From: a virus
Length of the DNA: 64,000 nucleotides
Virus record (IMG/VR): IMGVR_UViG_3300009506_000005
Location: 32,001-96,000 of that record
Direction: 5' to 3' (one strand)
Both the position numbers and the translations under genes were made by a program. This document shows positions 1 through 9,971 of the stretch, one piece after another. The notes under the pieces were generated by a model. The model saw only the letters and a list, made by a program, of their open reading frames with translations, had not been told where the DNA came from and ran no database searches. Position 1 is the stretch's first letter. Each line of letters begins with the position of its first letter.

Positions 1-51
1 AACTACCACCTTCGGATCAGGGATCAGCACTCCAAGAACAGGGAGCGCGCG

Positions 52-408
52 ATGGCGCTCATCAACAAGCTGGAGACGGCGGCGGGAAACAACTGCACCT
101 TCCAGGCGAAGCACCACATCGCGAAGGTGGGGCAGCTTCGTCACCAACACGGACGCGGCGAGTATCCGCGTGTTCGCAGGAACGTGCTTGAGCGATTTCG
201 TGGCGGGCGGCGCCGGCGCGGCAGAAAGACATGCTCTCGATGCGGCGAGAGGACCGAACGCTGGATTCGGATCGAGTTCGGTTGGAGCCGCGGTGATGAC
301 AAGCGCTTGAAGGTGTGCGGTCCCTGCCAGGACGAGCTCGACGACCCCGAACTGCTCGCGCTCTATGAGGAGGACCGCGAGCGGATACGAGAGGAGCAGG
401 TGAGATGA
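52..408 (+). CDS. Hypothetical protein with C-terminal CxxC...CxxC zinc-binding motif (true start may lie upstream of the window)
   Basis: CSRC and CGPC motifs; ATGA overlap with the next ORF. Confidence 0.5.
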   Translation: MALINKLETAAGNNCTFQAKHHIAKVGQLRHQHGRGEYPRVRRNVLERFRGGRRRRGRKTCSRCGERTERWIRIEFGWSRGDDKRLKVCGPCQDELDDPELLALYEEDRERIREEQVR

Positions 409-602
409 GCGATCGGTGGATCAACGACTGGGAGGAGGGCACTCCCTACGGGTCGCCGAAGGACCAGGCGCTCTGGTTTCTCGGCGCCCTGTTCGCCGTG
501 ATCTTCGGCGTCCTCGTGATCGGCGGCTCGTTCCTGATCGAGTCCTGCGTTTTCTACAACGTGGGAAAGGCCGTCTCTGAATTCGGCAGCACGGAGGAGT
601 GA
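405..602 (+). CDS. Small membrane protein
   Basis: One hydrophobic helix; ATGA coupling to the upstream ORF. Confidence 0.55.
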   Translation: MSDRWINDWEEGTPYGSPKDQALWFLGALFAVIFGVLVIGGSFLIESCVFYNVGKAVSEFGSTEE

Positions 603-700
603 CAGCTACAACTTGAGGGCGCCCTTCGACATTGGGTCGAGCTGCGGGAAATAACGTAACGCAACCATGGGCGCCCACCTACTGAACCGGCGGTGATAGA

Positions 701-2095
701 GTGGGGCAGAGACAACGAGAGGAACGCATCCCTCCGCACAACATGGAAGCCGAGACCGCTGTGCTCGGTGCCGTGCTACTGAGCGAGGATGCCCTTGCGC
801 AGATCGAGCACTGGATTGGACCAGGTGATTTCTACACCGGTCAGCATCGCGCGATCTTCAAAGCAATGATCGCCGTGCGTGACTCCGGTGCGGCAATCGA
901 CGTGGTGACTGTGGGGAACCGTCTTCAGTCTGACGGGCAACTGGAGAAGATCGGTGGCGCGATCGCGCTCTCAAAGCTGCTCGACAGCGTGGCCACGATT
1001 GCGAACGCTGAGCACTACGCGAAGATCGTGGCCGAGCTCTCGGCTACGCGCCGTGTCATCTACGCCGCCATGGAGATAGCCGCCCAGGGATTCGCGCAGA
1101 CCTGGGATGCCGAGGACTTCGTCATCGAGGCGCAGAACCAGATCGTCTCGGCGGCCTCGGCGTTTGAGCAACGCGGCGATGGCGTGCAGATGATCGGTGA
1201 CAATATCGATCGCACGGTGGAGATCGCGGTCAATGGCAAAGAGCCAAGAGGGGTTGTGCGCTCGCATATCGCGGCAATCGACCGTCAGTTCGGTGGCCTG
1301 TACCCAGGGGAGCTAACGGTTCTTGGGGCGAGGCCGAGTGTTGGCAAGAGCTGCCTCGCGCTCAACATATCCCTCAACGCTGCGCGGAACGGGAAGCGCG
1401 TGCTCTACTTCACGCTAGAGGATGGGACTGAGAACTTCCGGCAGCGCGCCCTTGCGGCATATTCTCAAATCTCATTTTCCCGGATCAGACACAACGCCGT
1501 TGGCCAGGCGGACAGATTAAAACGCGCGGCAGACAGCCTTCGAAATCTTCCATTCGGGATCGTTGAGACTGCGGGACTGTCGTCATCTCAGATACACGCC
1601 AAGGCCGTCGCCCATCGCGCGAAGATGGGTGGGCTCGACCTGGTTGTCATCGATCACCTGCGCCGCGTGAAGGACAAGGGCCGCGATCGGTATGACAAGA
1701 CCAGTAACGCGGTGGAGCGGTTTGCGGACATGGCGAAGGACATGTGGATACCAGTCCTCCTCCTGGCCCAGTTGAACCGCGGAGTGGAGAACCGCGATGA
1801 CAAGCGTCCGCGCATGTCGGACTTCCGGGAGTCTGGAACCATCGAGGAGGATGCTCGGGCGGTGTGGTTCCTGTACCGAGAGCACTTCTACGACAAGGGT
1901 GCGAACAAGAACGAGGCCGAACTCATCGCATCCAAGGTGAGCCAGGGAGCGCCAGGGGTCGTCCGAATTTGGTGCGAGCTGGAGACCATGCGCTTCGCAG
2001 ACTGGGGAGGCGACGGACAGGCCGATCCATACCACGGAGAAACCCGCGAGCTGTTCGAAAACGAGCAGGGCGATGGGAAAGGGGAAGTATATTGA
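701..2095 (+). CDS. dnaB: Replicative DNA helicase DnaB
   Basis: N-terminal PPHNMEAE..VLGA, Walker A GARPSVGKS, VVIDHL, AQLNRGVENRDDKRP, SDFRESGTIEEDA. Confidence 0.95.
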   Translation: MGQRQREERIPPHNMEAETAVLGAVLLSEDALAQIEHWIGPGDFYTGQHRAIFKAMIAVRDSGAAIDVVTVGNRLQSDGQLEKIGGAIALSKLLDSVATIANAEHYAKIVAELSATRRVIYAAMEIAAQGFAQTWDAEDFVIEAQNQIVSAASAFEQRGDGVQMIGDNIDRTVEIAVNGKEPRGVVRSHIAAIDRQFGGLYPGELTVLGARPSVGKSCLALNISLNAARNGKRVLYFTLEDGTENFRQRALAAYSQISFSRIRHNAVGQADRLKRAADSLRNLPFGIVETAGLSSSQIHAKAVAHRAKMGGLDLVVIDHLRRVKDKGRDRYDKTSNAVERFADMAKDMWIPVLLLAQLNRGVENRDDKRPRMSDFRESGTIEEDARAVWFLYREHFYDKGANKNEAELIASKVSQGAPGVVRIWCELETMRFADWGGDGQADPYHGETRELFENEQGDGKGEVY

Positions 2096-3372
2096 GCGCT
2101 CAAAAGAAGGTGAAGGAAGGTGAAGACCGGGCCACAGTCCTGGTCTGCCAGTGCAGATCACTGGAGTTCGAGGTTGCGAAGGTTCGAAAGAAGTCCATCG
2201 ACCTCAAGTGCTCGCAGTGTGGACTACCTGCCAGCGTGAAGGCGGCCGGGGTCAACTCCGCTCCATTCCCTCGCGAGAGTGTGACGGTGACGTCCAGGCG
2301 AGGAGTCACAACCCCAGGGGACCAGAAGGCAGCTACCAAGTCGAAGGCGAAGAAGAGGAAGAATGGTGGCGCTGAGCCGGAGAAGAAGACGCTGGCCGAG
2401 CGCGGCATGAAGACCTTCCGCTTCCTCGTGACAGAGGAGCAGGCCGAGACGGTGAACCGAGCCTTTGAGGCGATCCGCTTGCTGAACCTGCGCGATGAGC
2501 GCTTCCGCGCGCAGACCTACCAGGCTCACGCCATCGAGTACATGGCTGCGGACTTCCTCGGTGGTGTGCCGCCGATCATCCTCTCCATGATTGATGCTTC
2601 CGATGAGCTGATCCAAGAGCAGATCGCGCAAGCGGAGAAGGAGGGCAAGCCGTTCTCCGTCTGGAAGATCCGCAGGCTGCGATCCGAGGCGCGTGACGAT
2701 ATGTTCGAAAAGATCGCCGAGTACAACGAGACCGGGGAGATCGGCGAGGAAGAGGAGCAGGAAGTAGAAGAGACCGAGCCGGTTCAAGACGCAGAGCCGG
2801 ACGAGGATCCTGGCGAGGAGGAAGGTGGGGAAGAGGAAGAGGACGAGGACGACGATGGCACGTTTGCCAGGCCGGTAGAGATAGAGCTGGAGGATGACGC
2901 AGAGGATGATGCCGGCGCCGAAGAGGAGCCAGATGGCGAAAGTGAAGAGGTAGCGCCTGTTGACATCGAAGAATTCGATGGGGTTGCGCAAGTCGATGAG
3001 AAGGACGATGAGGACAGCGGATACATCGACGATGATGGGCGTCTCTACGATGCTGTGGTCTCTGCCTTCCAGGCCGGAGCCATTGGTGGCTACTACGTGC
3101 TCGCTGGGGAGGACGCCTTTGTCAAGGTGCGCGAGCGATGGAACAAGGCCGGTGGGCACTTCCTGAAAGTGATCGGAGATCCATCGACGCTGGACCAGGA
3201 CGGTGAGCGCCCAATCGTTTTCGTCTGGATGGAGGGGGACGAGGACGTGAGTGTTGAGGACAACTACAGGGAGAGGTTCCCTGGACTTGAGGTGACGGTG
3301 ATAGAATTGGTGGACCAGGGAGATCCACCGTGGGAACCGCCGACAATCTCAGACACGAGGATGAAGATATGA
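2092..3372 (+). CDS. Hypothetical protein: N-terminal Zn ribbon and long central acidic tract
   Basis: In-frame TTG overlapping the dnaB stop (TTGA); CQC..CSQC; D/E-rich segment. Confidence 0.65.
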   Translation: MSAQKKVKEGEDRATVLVCQCRSLEFEVAKVRKKSIDLKCSQCGLPASVKAAGVNSAPFPRESVTVTSRRGVTTPGDQKAATKSKAKKRKNGGAEPEKKTLAERGMKTFRFLVTEEQAETVNRAFEAIRLLNLRDERFRAQTYQAHAIEYMAADFLGGVPPIILSMIDASDELIQEQIAQAEKEGKPFSVWKIRRLRSEARDDMFEKIAEYNETGEIGEEEEQEVEETEPVQDAEPDEDPGEEEGGEEEEDEDDDGTFARPVEIELEDDAEDDAGAEEEPDGESEEVAPVDIEEFDGVAQVDEKDDEDSGYIDDDGRLYDAVVSAFQAGAIGGYYVLAGEDAFVKVRERWNKAGGHFLKVIGDPSTLDQDGERPIVFVWMEGDEDVSVEDNYRERFPGLEVTVIELVDQGDPPWEPPTISDTRMKI

Positions 3373-3743
3373 ACAAGGCCAAAGCAGCGAATCCCGAGCA
3401 GGAGCGGAAGACAGACGGAATCGGCGGTGAGCCGATGCCGATGCCGGAGACTGACAAGATCATCGCCAAGGCCACGCAGAGGGAGCTGGACCGCCTGGAG
3501 AACATGGCCATGGTATCGGATGACCCGCGTGTATCGGCCGCCTGCATCGAGTCCGCAGGGCGTCTCAAGGCGTACTGCGCCGCGCTCGCGGCAGAGACGG
3601 ACATCCGGATCATCGGTGCGATGCGGTCCGTCATGGCCATCGACGCCATGAAGCTGCGTGCCGGGGCTCAGGCCGCACAGACAGTGGCCAAGGCCCGGGC
3701 CGAGCTCGGGCTCGATCAGCCGCCTGAGCCGAGCTCGAAGTAG
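3369..3743 (+). CDS. Hypothetical protein
   Basis: ATGA overlap with the upstream stop. Confidence 0.55.
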   Translation: MNKAKAANPEQERKTDGIGGEPMPMPETDKIIAKATQRELDRLENMAMVSDDPRVSAACIESAGRLKAYCAALAAETDIRIIGAMRSVMAIDAMKLRAGAQAAQTVAKARAELGLDQPPEPSSK

Positions 3744-3774
3744 CCCTGTGATACAATCTGCGCGGAGGTGAAAC

Positions 3775-4608
3775 ATGGAAGACAGAGTTTCTCTGACCGG
3801 GAATCCGTTCGAGCAGGACAACGCATTCGTGCTCAACGGAGTTCTCTACGACATCGGGGCCAGATGCGTGAAGTGGAAAGAGGACATCGGGATGAACGCC
3901 TATGACCGCTCGCGCAAAGTGATCGAGGACGAAGACCGCAGGACGGGGAGCGTCTCGAAGCGGGTGATCAAGGGAACCAGGTACTCCAAGAGGCGCGGCG
4001 GGATCTCGGCGATTACCCAGCTCTTCATCCACCATACCGGAGGACCGCTGCCTCGCCGTGCCTTCGATACGCTGCACAACCAGCGCGGGCTCTCCGTGCA
4101 CTTCATCCTCTCGGACAAGGGCGTGCTCTTCCAGACGCTGGACGCGATCGAGAAGGCGTGGCACGCCGGGCGCCACAACAACTGCTCCATCGGCGTGGAG
4201 TGCTGCCTGTACCCCGATGCCGAGCGTCGCCCGAATTACTACTCGCCGGAGAGGTGTGATCGGCTTGACCTCACCCCGCACGTCAAGATGGTGGATGAGA
4301 TCCACGGACGGAAGTGGGAGGTGTACGCGATCACAGAGGTGCAGCTCGATGCATTGTCTCGCCTCTTCGCCGGGCTGTGGCGCGCGCTCAAGTTGCAGGG
4401 GGTAGATGTGCCCCCAGGTCCACCGAAGTTTTTCAGGGGAATCGATGACGCGATTCCACACACCGTGATCGACAACCCGCGCGGCTATGTGGGAATGATC
4501 GGACACCTCCAGGCAACGCGCAGGAAGGTGGACCCCGCAGGCTTCCCGTGGGACGCGTTCGAGGAGCAGGTGGCGGATCGCTTCGCCGAGTTCTTGAGGG
4601 CTGCGTGA
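3775..4608 (+). CDS. N-acetylmuramoyl-L-alanine amidase (Amidase_2), probable endolysin
   Basis: IHHTG, SVHFIL, AWHAG, SIGVE, GH...KVDP motifs; SD GGAGGTG. Confidence 0.88.
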   Translation: MEDRVSLTGNPFEQDNAFVLNGVLYDIGARCVKWKEDIGMNAYDRSRKVIEDEDRRTGSVSKRVIKGTRYSKRRGGISAITQLFIHHTGGPLPRRAFDTLHNQRGLSVHFILSDKGVLFQTLDAIEKAWHAGRHNNCSIGVECCLYPDAERRPNYYSPERCDRLDLTPHVKMVDEIHGRKWEVYAITEVQLDALSRLFAGLWRALKLQGVDVPPGPPKFFRGIDDAIPHTVIDNPRGYVGMIGHLQATRRKVDPAGFPWDAFEEQVADRFAEFLRAA

Positions 4609-5525
4609 TGCGACGCCTGCCTTTCTTCGTGCTCGCGGCCGGCATCCTGATCTTCGCGCTGGGAAGTTCCATGTCCCGCGTGCTCATTGACGAAGGGTCA
4701 GAGCAGGATTTTCCCATCTGCGAGTACGCAGAGCCGCTTGACATCGATCCGCTTCCGGTGACGGAGTTGGACGACTCGGAACTACACGCCAGTGCGCCGA
4801 GGCAAGATGGGTTCCCCAGCATCGAGCAGCTCAAGCTCATCGGCCGCATGGCTCGGGGGGTGATCCGAGTTGCGCACCACAAGGGCGGCGGGAAGTGGTG
4901 GGAGTGCGGAACGGCATACTCCGAGGAAGAGGAGCAGGACGCTGCACTGGATTGGGCGTACAGGATTGTCTTCCTATCCTGGGAGTACTCGGACGTCGGA
5001 ACTGACGGTGGATTCATCATGGAGCCGTGGGGTGTCTTCGGTACCGCGGCGAATGAGTGTGGCTTCGATCGCTGCGCTCTCGGGCTCTACCCGAGGAAGT
5101 GGGCGTACCAGGAGGGCATCATCAAGAAGCGGCGCCGTTGCATATCGCACACGGCTGAGGAGATTTCTCGTGCGGTGATGTCGGAGGATGGTCTTGAGCA
5201 GTGGAGAAGTACGGGAATCGATTCTGGCCCGCTTCATGAGCTCTGGCTGTGCCGGGACTCTGGATGCAAGCCGAAGTACAACATCTCTCTTCCGCGCATC
5301 CCGTTCTCCGAGGTCATGTCGCTAGGAAAGGGATTCGAGTACAACGTGCGCCAGATGCGAAAGCGCGCTGATAGGAATAGTACGAACAGGCCGTGGCGAT
5401 GGTGGAGGGGGAGCGAGACCCATTGGTACGATGAGAAGATCGTCCGCTGGGCGCGCATGGGTGGCGCGTCCCTAGAGGAGATAGGTCCGGCTGGCCCGGG
5501 CCAGAGAAAGGACGGAAGACGATGA
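4608..5525 (+). CDS. Exported protein, possible lysozyme/lytic transglycosylase-like fold
   Basis: N-terminal signal/anchor; TAANECGFDRCA and DSGPLHE resemble SLT ES and GLMQ motifs; adjacent to the amidase. Confidence 0.45.
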   Translation: MRRLPFFVLAAGILIFALGSSMSRVLIDEGSEQDFPICEYAEPLDIDPLPVTELDDSELHASAPRQDGFPSIEQLKLIGRMARGVIRVAHHKGGGKWWECGTAYSEEEEQDAALDWAYRIVFLSWEYSDVGTDGGFIMEPWGVFGTAANECGFDRCALGLYPRKWAYQEGIIKKRRRCISHTAEEISRAVMSEDGLEQWRSTGIDSGPLHELWLCRDSGCKPKYNISLPRIPFSEVMSLGKGFEYNVRQMRKRADRNSTNRPWRWWRGSETHWYDEKIVRWARMGGASLEEIGPAGPGQRKDGRR

Positions 5526-5908
5526 CGGACTGGACGAAGCAAGAGCAGCTGGTAGTTGGTGTCTACCTCGCGCCGAAGCGCGGGGCGAAGGCGAGGGGCG
5601 GCGCACCGCTCATCGACACGTTCGTGCTGGACCCCAAGGTCAAGGCGCGCAAGAGGTGGGACGATGTGAAGGCCGCGGTGAAAGCCGAGGTAGAGGCGAG
5701 GGGCTATGAGCTCAGGACGGTTTCCATCATCGCGGAGCAGAAGTCCGATATCCACGTCTCGGCCTACGTCCACGATCGCGGCCAGGGCATGAACGCCCTG
5801 CTCCAGAGGTCGAAGCCCGTGCGCAGGGATGGTCCGCACGGTGGCCCGCTCGGGCGCCACGTGAAGAAGAAGACCGCGCAGACCATCGCCCGCAACCGAG
5901 GTCGTTGA
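5522..5908 (+). CDS. Hypothetical protein
   Basis: Coupled ORF in the operon. Confidence 0.55.
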   Translation: MTDWTKQEQLVVGVYLAPKRGAKARGGAPLIDTFVLDPKVKARKRWDDVKAAVKAEVEARGYELRTVSIIAEQKSDIHVSAYVHDRGQGMNALLQRSKPVRRDGPHGGPLGRHVKKKTAQTIARNRGR

Positions 5909-6318
5909 TGGGCGATCGGAAGTGGGAGGAGCTGATCGCCGATCGCTCTGGTCCATGGCAGATGAGGATCGGCGATGGAGATGCTGGCGCAGTTCTGCCT
6001 GGCAAGGCTCCGTACCCAGATCTCACGGTGCGGAAGGAACTGTTGAGCGAGGTCGATCGCCTCGTCTACCACACGATGGAGGTGGAGGCCTCGGCGGATT
6101 TCACCGAGCGGCGCGAGCGCTACATGATCGGCCGGCTTGTGGCCATCCTCAAGAGTGGCCATGAGGTTGAGTTCGAGCGAGAGGTGCTCCCATCCGCGGC
6201 GATCGAGGGGAACGTAGACACCCGCAGATGCGCTGCTTGTTCCAGGCAGATACCGGCTGGCGAGGCCAAGGTAGTTGACGGCGATGCCTACCACGCCGCC
6301 TGCATCGAGGAGGAGTAG
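5905..6318 (+). CDS. Hypothetical protein with C-terminal LIM-like Zn finger
   Basis: CAAC...YHAAC. Confidence 0.55.
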   Translation: MMGDRKWEELIADRSGPWQMRIGDGDAGAVLPGKAPYPDLTVRKELLSEVDRLVYHTMEVEASADFTERRERYMIGRLVAILKSGHEVEFEREVLPSAAIEGNVDTRRCAACSRQIPAGEAKVVDGDAYHAACIEEE

Positions 6319-6320
6319 CC

Positions 6321-6680
6321 GTGTCAGGCAACATCCGCCACGAGGGTGCGATTGTCAGGGCTCATTACCCGGATTCCGGTGACATCAACGGACGTGCTCC
6401 TCGGCATCGCGTGATCATCGTCCAGGTCAGTGGTGCGCAGCGGGAGATCGTCACGCTCCAGGTACACAACGGGGTTCGCTGGGAGTCCGGCACCTGCGTG
6501 GGACGGTGGCCCGAGGGCTTGGTCAGGAGAGACATCCCGGCGCGTGACCGGATCAACTACCTGCGGGAGAAGTTCGGGGCCATGGTCTGCGTGGGCCCGG
6601 CGGACTTCCGCATCCTCGATCAGCTGTATCGAGATGCACTCAGCGCGATAACAGGAGGGAACTGTGTCAACCAAGACTGA
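6321..6680 (+). CDS. Hypothetical protein
   Basis: SD GAGGAG upstream. Confidence 0.5.
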   Translation: MSGNIRHEGAIVRAHYPDSGDINGRAPRHRVIIVQVSGAQREIVTLQVHNGVRWESGTCVGRWPEGLVRRDIPARDRINYLREKFGAMVCVGPADFRILDQLYRDALSAITGGNCVNQD

Positions 6681-6990
6681 GATCATCGAGGCCATCCAGG
6701 CTGCGGCAGACGCCACCGAGAACGACGGGATACGCTCTGCTCTTGGAGAACCTGGCGAGGTGGTGACGATCGAGGGCCTCAAGCGGCGCACTGGCGCTGC
6801 CTGGGAGGACACGCCTACCTCGCTGGAGATCCAGTACGAGGGCCTCGCAAACTGGCTGGACTCCCAGGGCATCGGTGGGTCCTTGAAGAGCAAGATCAAC
6901 GAGCTGATCAGTGGCTATACGCAGCTGAAATCCGATTACAACAACGGGGTTGTTCCAACCACCGCACCGGATATCAGCCCTCTTCCATGA
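6664..6990 (+). CDS. Hypothetical protein
   Basis: SD AGGAGG upstream of GTG. Confidence 0.55.
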   Translation: MSTKTEIIEAIQAAADATENDGIRSALGEPGEVVTIEGLKRRTGAAWEDTPTSLEIQYEGLANWLDSQGIGGSLKSKINELISGYTQLKSDYNNGVVPTTAPDISPLP

Positions 6991-7370
6991 CGGCATTCCC
7001 CAAGAACAAGCCGCACCGCTCCCGCGAGTTCCTGGCCTTCGCCAAGGGCTTGCCCGGGCCGTGCTGCATTTGCTGGCGGGTGAACGGCAGGAAGCGCCCG
7101 GCAGAGGAGCTCCACCACTACGGGGAGAAGGGTGCTGGCCAGAAGTGTTCGGACCATGAGGTGGCCCGGATCTGCGCGGAGCACCACCGCCGCTACCAGG
7201 GGAAGCGGAGGATCGGCTTCATGCGCGCCGGCGAGATCGAAGTGTTGGAGGCGCTGGAGTCGGACAACGTGAAGCTCCTCTCGGCGTGGGCCACGAAGCT
7301 GGAGGGCGATCTCGACTTGCTACGCTCGGCCAATCGTGGCACAATATCCGGCGCGAGAGGGGAACAGTGA
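6987..7370 (+). CDS. HNH-like nuclease (DUF968/Ref-like)
   Basis: PCCIC...LHHYG..GAGQK.SD...ICAEHH. Confidence 0.7.
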   Translation: MTAFPKNKPHRSREFLAFAKGLPGPCCICWRVNGRKRPAEELHHYGEKGAGQKCSDHEVARICAEHHRRYQGKRRIGFMRAGEIEVLEALESDNVKLLSAWATKLEGDLDLLRSANRGTISGARGEQ

Positions 7371-7515
7371 AATTAAAACGAGCGGGGAAGGCCAAGGACA
7401 GCTGAGAAAGCCCTGGGAGGCGCGAGAATCGCCTCCAGGCGAAACCGAGGGGGATGCTCACGGAAAGACGAGAAAGCCGCTCAGAAGCTATTCTCGTCAA
7501 CCTCAGGAGGGTCCC

Positions 7516-8175
7516 ATGGCGAGCCTGACATGGTTACAGAGATTCAACGAGCTCCGGCGTGTGCTGGTCCAGGTTGTTCCGGGGCTCGAAATAAAATACA
7601 AAACGGACTCGGTTTTCTGGAGGATTCTTCCCAGGATGTGGAGCCGGGAGACCACCACAACGATGGGGGCGACCATCTGGTTCCCGACCAGGGAGTACGT
7701 AGTGCAGAACCCGCGGGCCGCGTTCTACACCCTGGCCCACGAAGGGGTGCACGTGTTCTCGTTCTACGCGGGGCCGGTGGCTCACGTCCTGGGCTACGCC
7801 TTCCCCCAGATCCTGATCGCTCCACTCGGCGTGGCGGCCATCGTGCTCGGTGCGAGCGGATCGTTGTGGTGGATCCTGCTCGCCGTGCTCGCCCTCACAG
7901 CCTTGGCCCCGTGGCCGGCTCCATTCCGAGCGAACGAGGAGGCGAAGGCCTACACCATGGGCATCGCCATCCAGTACTGGAGAGGGCAGCCGAAGATCGA
8001 CAGATACCGCAGGGCGATGGCCGCCAAGCTCAGAACCTGGATCTACTGGCGCTCGGTATGGAGCAAGCGCCATTCGTTGAAGCTGATCGATTCCTATGCA
8101 GACCGGATCGAAGGCGGTGGGATCTTCCGTGTCTCGCAGGCGTTCCGGTTGGTGCAGTCTATTCTCATGGAGTGA
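7516..8175 (+). CDS. Membrane-associated zincin-like metallopeptidase
   Basis: HEGVH (HExxH), downstream EEAKAY, two hydrophobic helices; SD AGGAGG. Confidence 0.65.
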   Translation: MASLTWLQRFNELRRVLVQVVPGLEIKYKTDSVFWRILPRMWSRETTTTMGATIWFPTREYVVQNPRAAFYTLAHEGVHVFSFYAGPVAHVLGYAFPQILIAPLGVAAIVLGASGSLWWILLAVLALTALAPWPAPFRANEEAKAYTMGIAIQYWRGQPKIDRYRRAMAAKLRTWIYWRSVWSKRHSLKLIDSYADRIEGGGIFRVSQAFRLVQSILME

Positions 8176-8179
8176 GTTG

Positions 8180-8434
8180 ATGGCAAAGAGGAAGAAGAAG
8201 CGCAAGAAGAAGAGCACGATGTGGCAGGACCGGCTGAGAGCCGAGCGCATCCGATCCGTGCGAGAGGCCATGGAAAAGAGCGAAGGTCTCGTGCCGGAGG
8301 CGGCTGTGATCCTCGGCATCGGAGAGCGCACCCTGCGCCGCTGGCTGAACGAGCTCAAGCTCGGTCACCTCTCGCGCTTTCGGAGAGGTGGTGAGTACTC
8401 GAAGAGATCCAGGATCGAGGAGGCCGCTTCATGA
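8180..8434 (+). CDS. Fis-type helix-turn-helix protein
   Basis: AMEKSEGLVPEAAVILGIGERTLRRWL. Confidence 0.75.
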   Translation: MAKRKKKRKKKSTMWQDRLRAERIRSVREAMEKSEGLVPEAAVILGIGERTLRRWLNELKLGHLSRFRRGGEYSKRSRIEEAAS

Positions 8435-9024
8435 GCAAGCGTCCGCCCCCCGCCATCTTCGCCGTGGACCCCGGGGCCAAGTCCGGCTACGCCGTGGTCA
8501 CGTGCGAGCTCTCACCGCGGCTGCTCTACTTCGGGGTGGTGAAGGCCAAAGAGACCAGCGTCACAGGGCTCGTGGAGGGCGTGCTCAAGTGCATGGCCAA
8601 AGACTTCCCCGGGGTGGAGATCGAGCGCGGCGTCATCGAGGATCAGTACCTCGGGGTGGTGAAGCGCAGGAAGAAGGGGGCGAAGGCCGGTGAGGAAGAA
8701 CGGACGATGATCCCTCAGTCCATGAAGAAGGTCGCCCGGGTTGCCGGCCGCTGGCAGGAGGCGTTCCTCCGCAACGGGATCCCCTACCGCGAGGATGATG
8801 ACGACATCCACCCGCAGTCCTGGCAGTCCAAGGAGCTCGGCACTGGATCTCGCAAGGGGCGCGATGTGCTGCGGCAGCAATGCGCCGCGAAGGTGGCCGG
8901 GCTGTATGGTGGTGGGCGGGTGAAGATTCCGGAGAACGCCGACTCCGCAGTCCTCATCGCCCGGTATCGCGCGATCGAGGTAGGCCGCAAGCTCTCGCAG
9001 GGGGTCCTGTTTGGGAGCGCCTGA
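8431..9024 (+). CDS. RuvC-like Holliday junction resolvase
   Basis: FAVDPGAKSGYAV, VIEDQY, PQSW, ADSAVLIA. Confidence 0.8.
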   Translation: MSKRPPPAIFAVDPGAKSGYAVVTCELSPRLLYFGVVKAKETSVTGLVEGVLKCMAKDFPGVEIERGVIEDQYLGVVKRRKKGAKAGEEERTMIPQSMKKVARVAGRWQEAFLRNGIPYREDDDDIHPQSWQSKELGTGSRKGRDVLRQQCAAKVAGLYGGGRVKIPENADSAVLIARYRAIEVGRKLSQGVLFGSA

Positions 9025-9049
9025 TCAACCGAGCGAGATTGAGGAGTGG

Positions 9050-9490
9050 ATGGTGAGCGAGCGAGTCATTCCAGTCGAGCGCGATCATGACCTGGCCCAG
9101 GCCAAGGCGATCCAAGACTACTGGGCGATGCGCACGGTGCGCGAGATGGAGAAGGGGCTCATTCCATCGCGGACGTTGAAGCTGAACGTGGGCGGCGTGG
9201 ACTTCTACGTGCACGTGGGCTACCTGGACGGCGTTCCTGTACACATCATGGTCGATGGCTTCAAGGAGGATGACAACCGGCAGAGGGCTCCGCTGGAGCT
9301 GCTCTGCGAGCAGGTGAGCGACGGCATGCGCCGAGGTCTCTTCGGGCTGGAAGAGGTTCTCGCCACGTGGAGGGGGACGAGCTTCGCCCCGTGTGGCCGC
9401 TGCCCTCAGCTTGGCGATCGCTTCGTGGGCTCACCGCTCGATGCGATTGGATGGTACTTGATGAAAGGAGAAGGAGATGGCAGAGGCTGA
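9050..9490 (+). CDS. Stand-alone TSCPD-like domain (class II ribonucleotide reductase C-terminal type)
   Basis: KLNVGGVDFYVHVG, LEEVLATWRGTSFAPCG, SPLDAIG. Confidence 0.7.
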   Translation: MVSERVIPVERDHDLAQAKAIQDYWAMRTVREMEKGLIPSRTLKLNVGGVDFYVHVGYLDGVPVHIMVDGFKEDDNRQRAPLELLCEQVSDGMRRGLFGLEEVLATWRGTSFAPCGRCPQLGDRFVGSPLDAIGWYLMKGEGDGRG

Positions 9491-9971
9491 TCAGCGAATC
9501 ACTGATACCGAGATCGCGGAAGCGGAAAGGCTGTGCAAAAGGCTAAAACAGCCATATGGCTTCCTGGAATCTCACGTTGCGCTTTTTATTCGAACAATGC
9601 TCACGCTAGTCCCTCGCCTCTGTGCGCGGGCGCGGGAGCAGGCGGGGGAGATTGCGTTGCAGGAAATTGCAACCAATGAGGCAGAGGCCAGAGCCACCGT
9701 GCAAAGGGAGCGCGCCGAGGCCGCCGAGTCCGCGCTGGAGGCGGTGAGGGAAGCAAGCGAGTTCGTGGTTGCTACGGCATGGGGAAATACATACGGGTTG
9801 GACATAGAGGATGTGGTCGCCGCCGGACGCCTTGCTGCAAAGGAGATAATCTCAGTGCTCGGAGAAGATTGGGCTCGGAAGCTTCTTGCGAAACAAGGGC
9901 ACTCTGAGGATAAAATTCGCGACATCCTGGCTGGCAAATGGACCGCCATCATGCCGATGACAGGTGGCTGA
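9477..9971 (+). CDS. Hypothetical coiled-coil protein
   Basis: SD AAGGAG; coupled. Confidence 0.55.
   Translation: MAEADQRITDTEIAEAERLCKRLKQPYGFLESHVALFIRTMLTLVPRLCARAREQAGEIALQEIATNEAEARATVQRERAEAAESALEAVREASEFVVATAWGNTYGLDIEDVVAAGRLAAKEIISVLGEDWARKLLAKQGHSEDKIRDILAGKWTAIMPMTGG

Noticed and set aside
701-2095. Intein or intron in DnaB (also checked TerL)
   Set aside because: Both proteins are of normal length with contiguous motifs and no intein signatures
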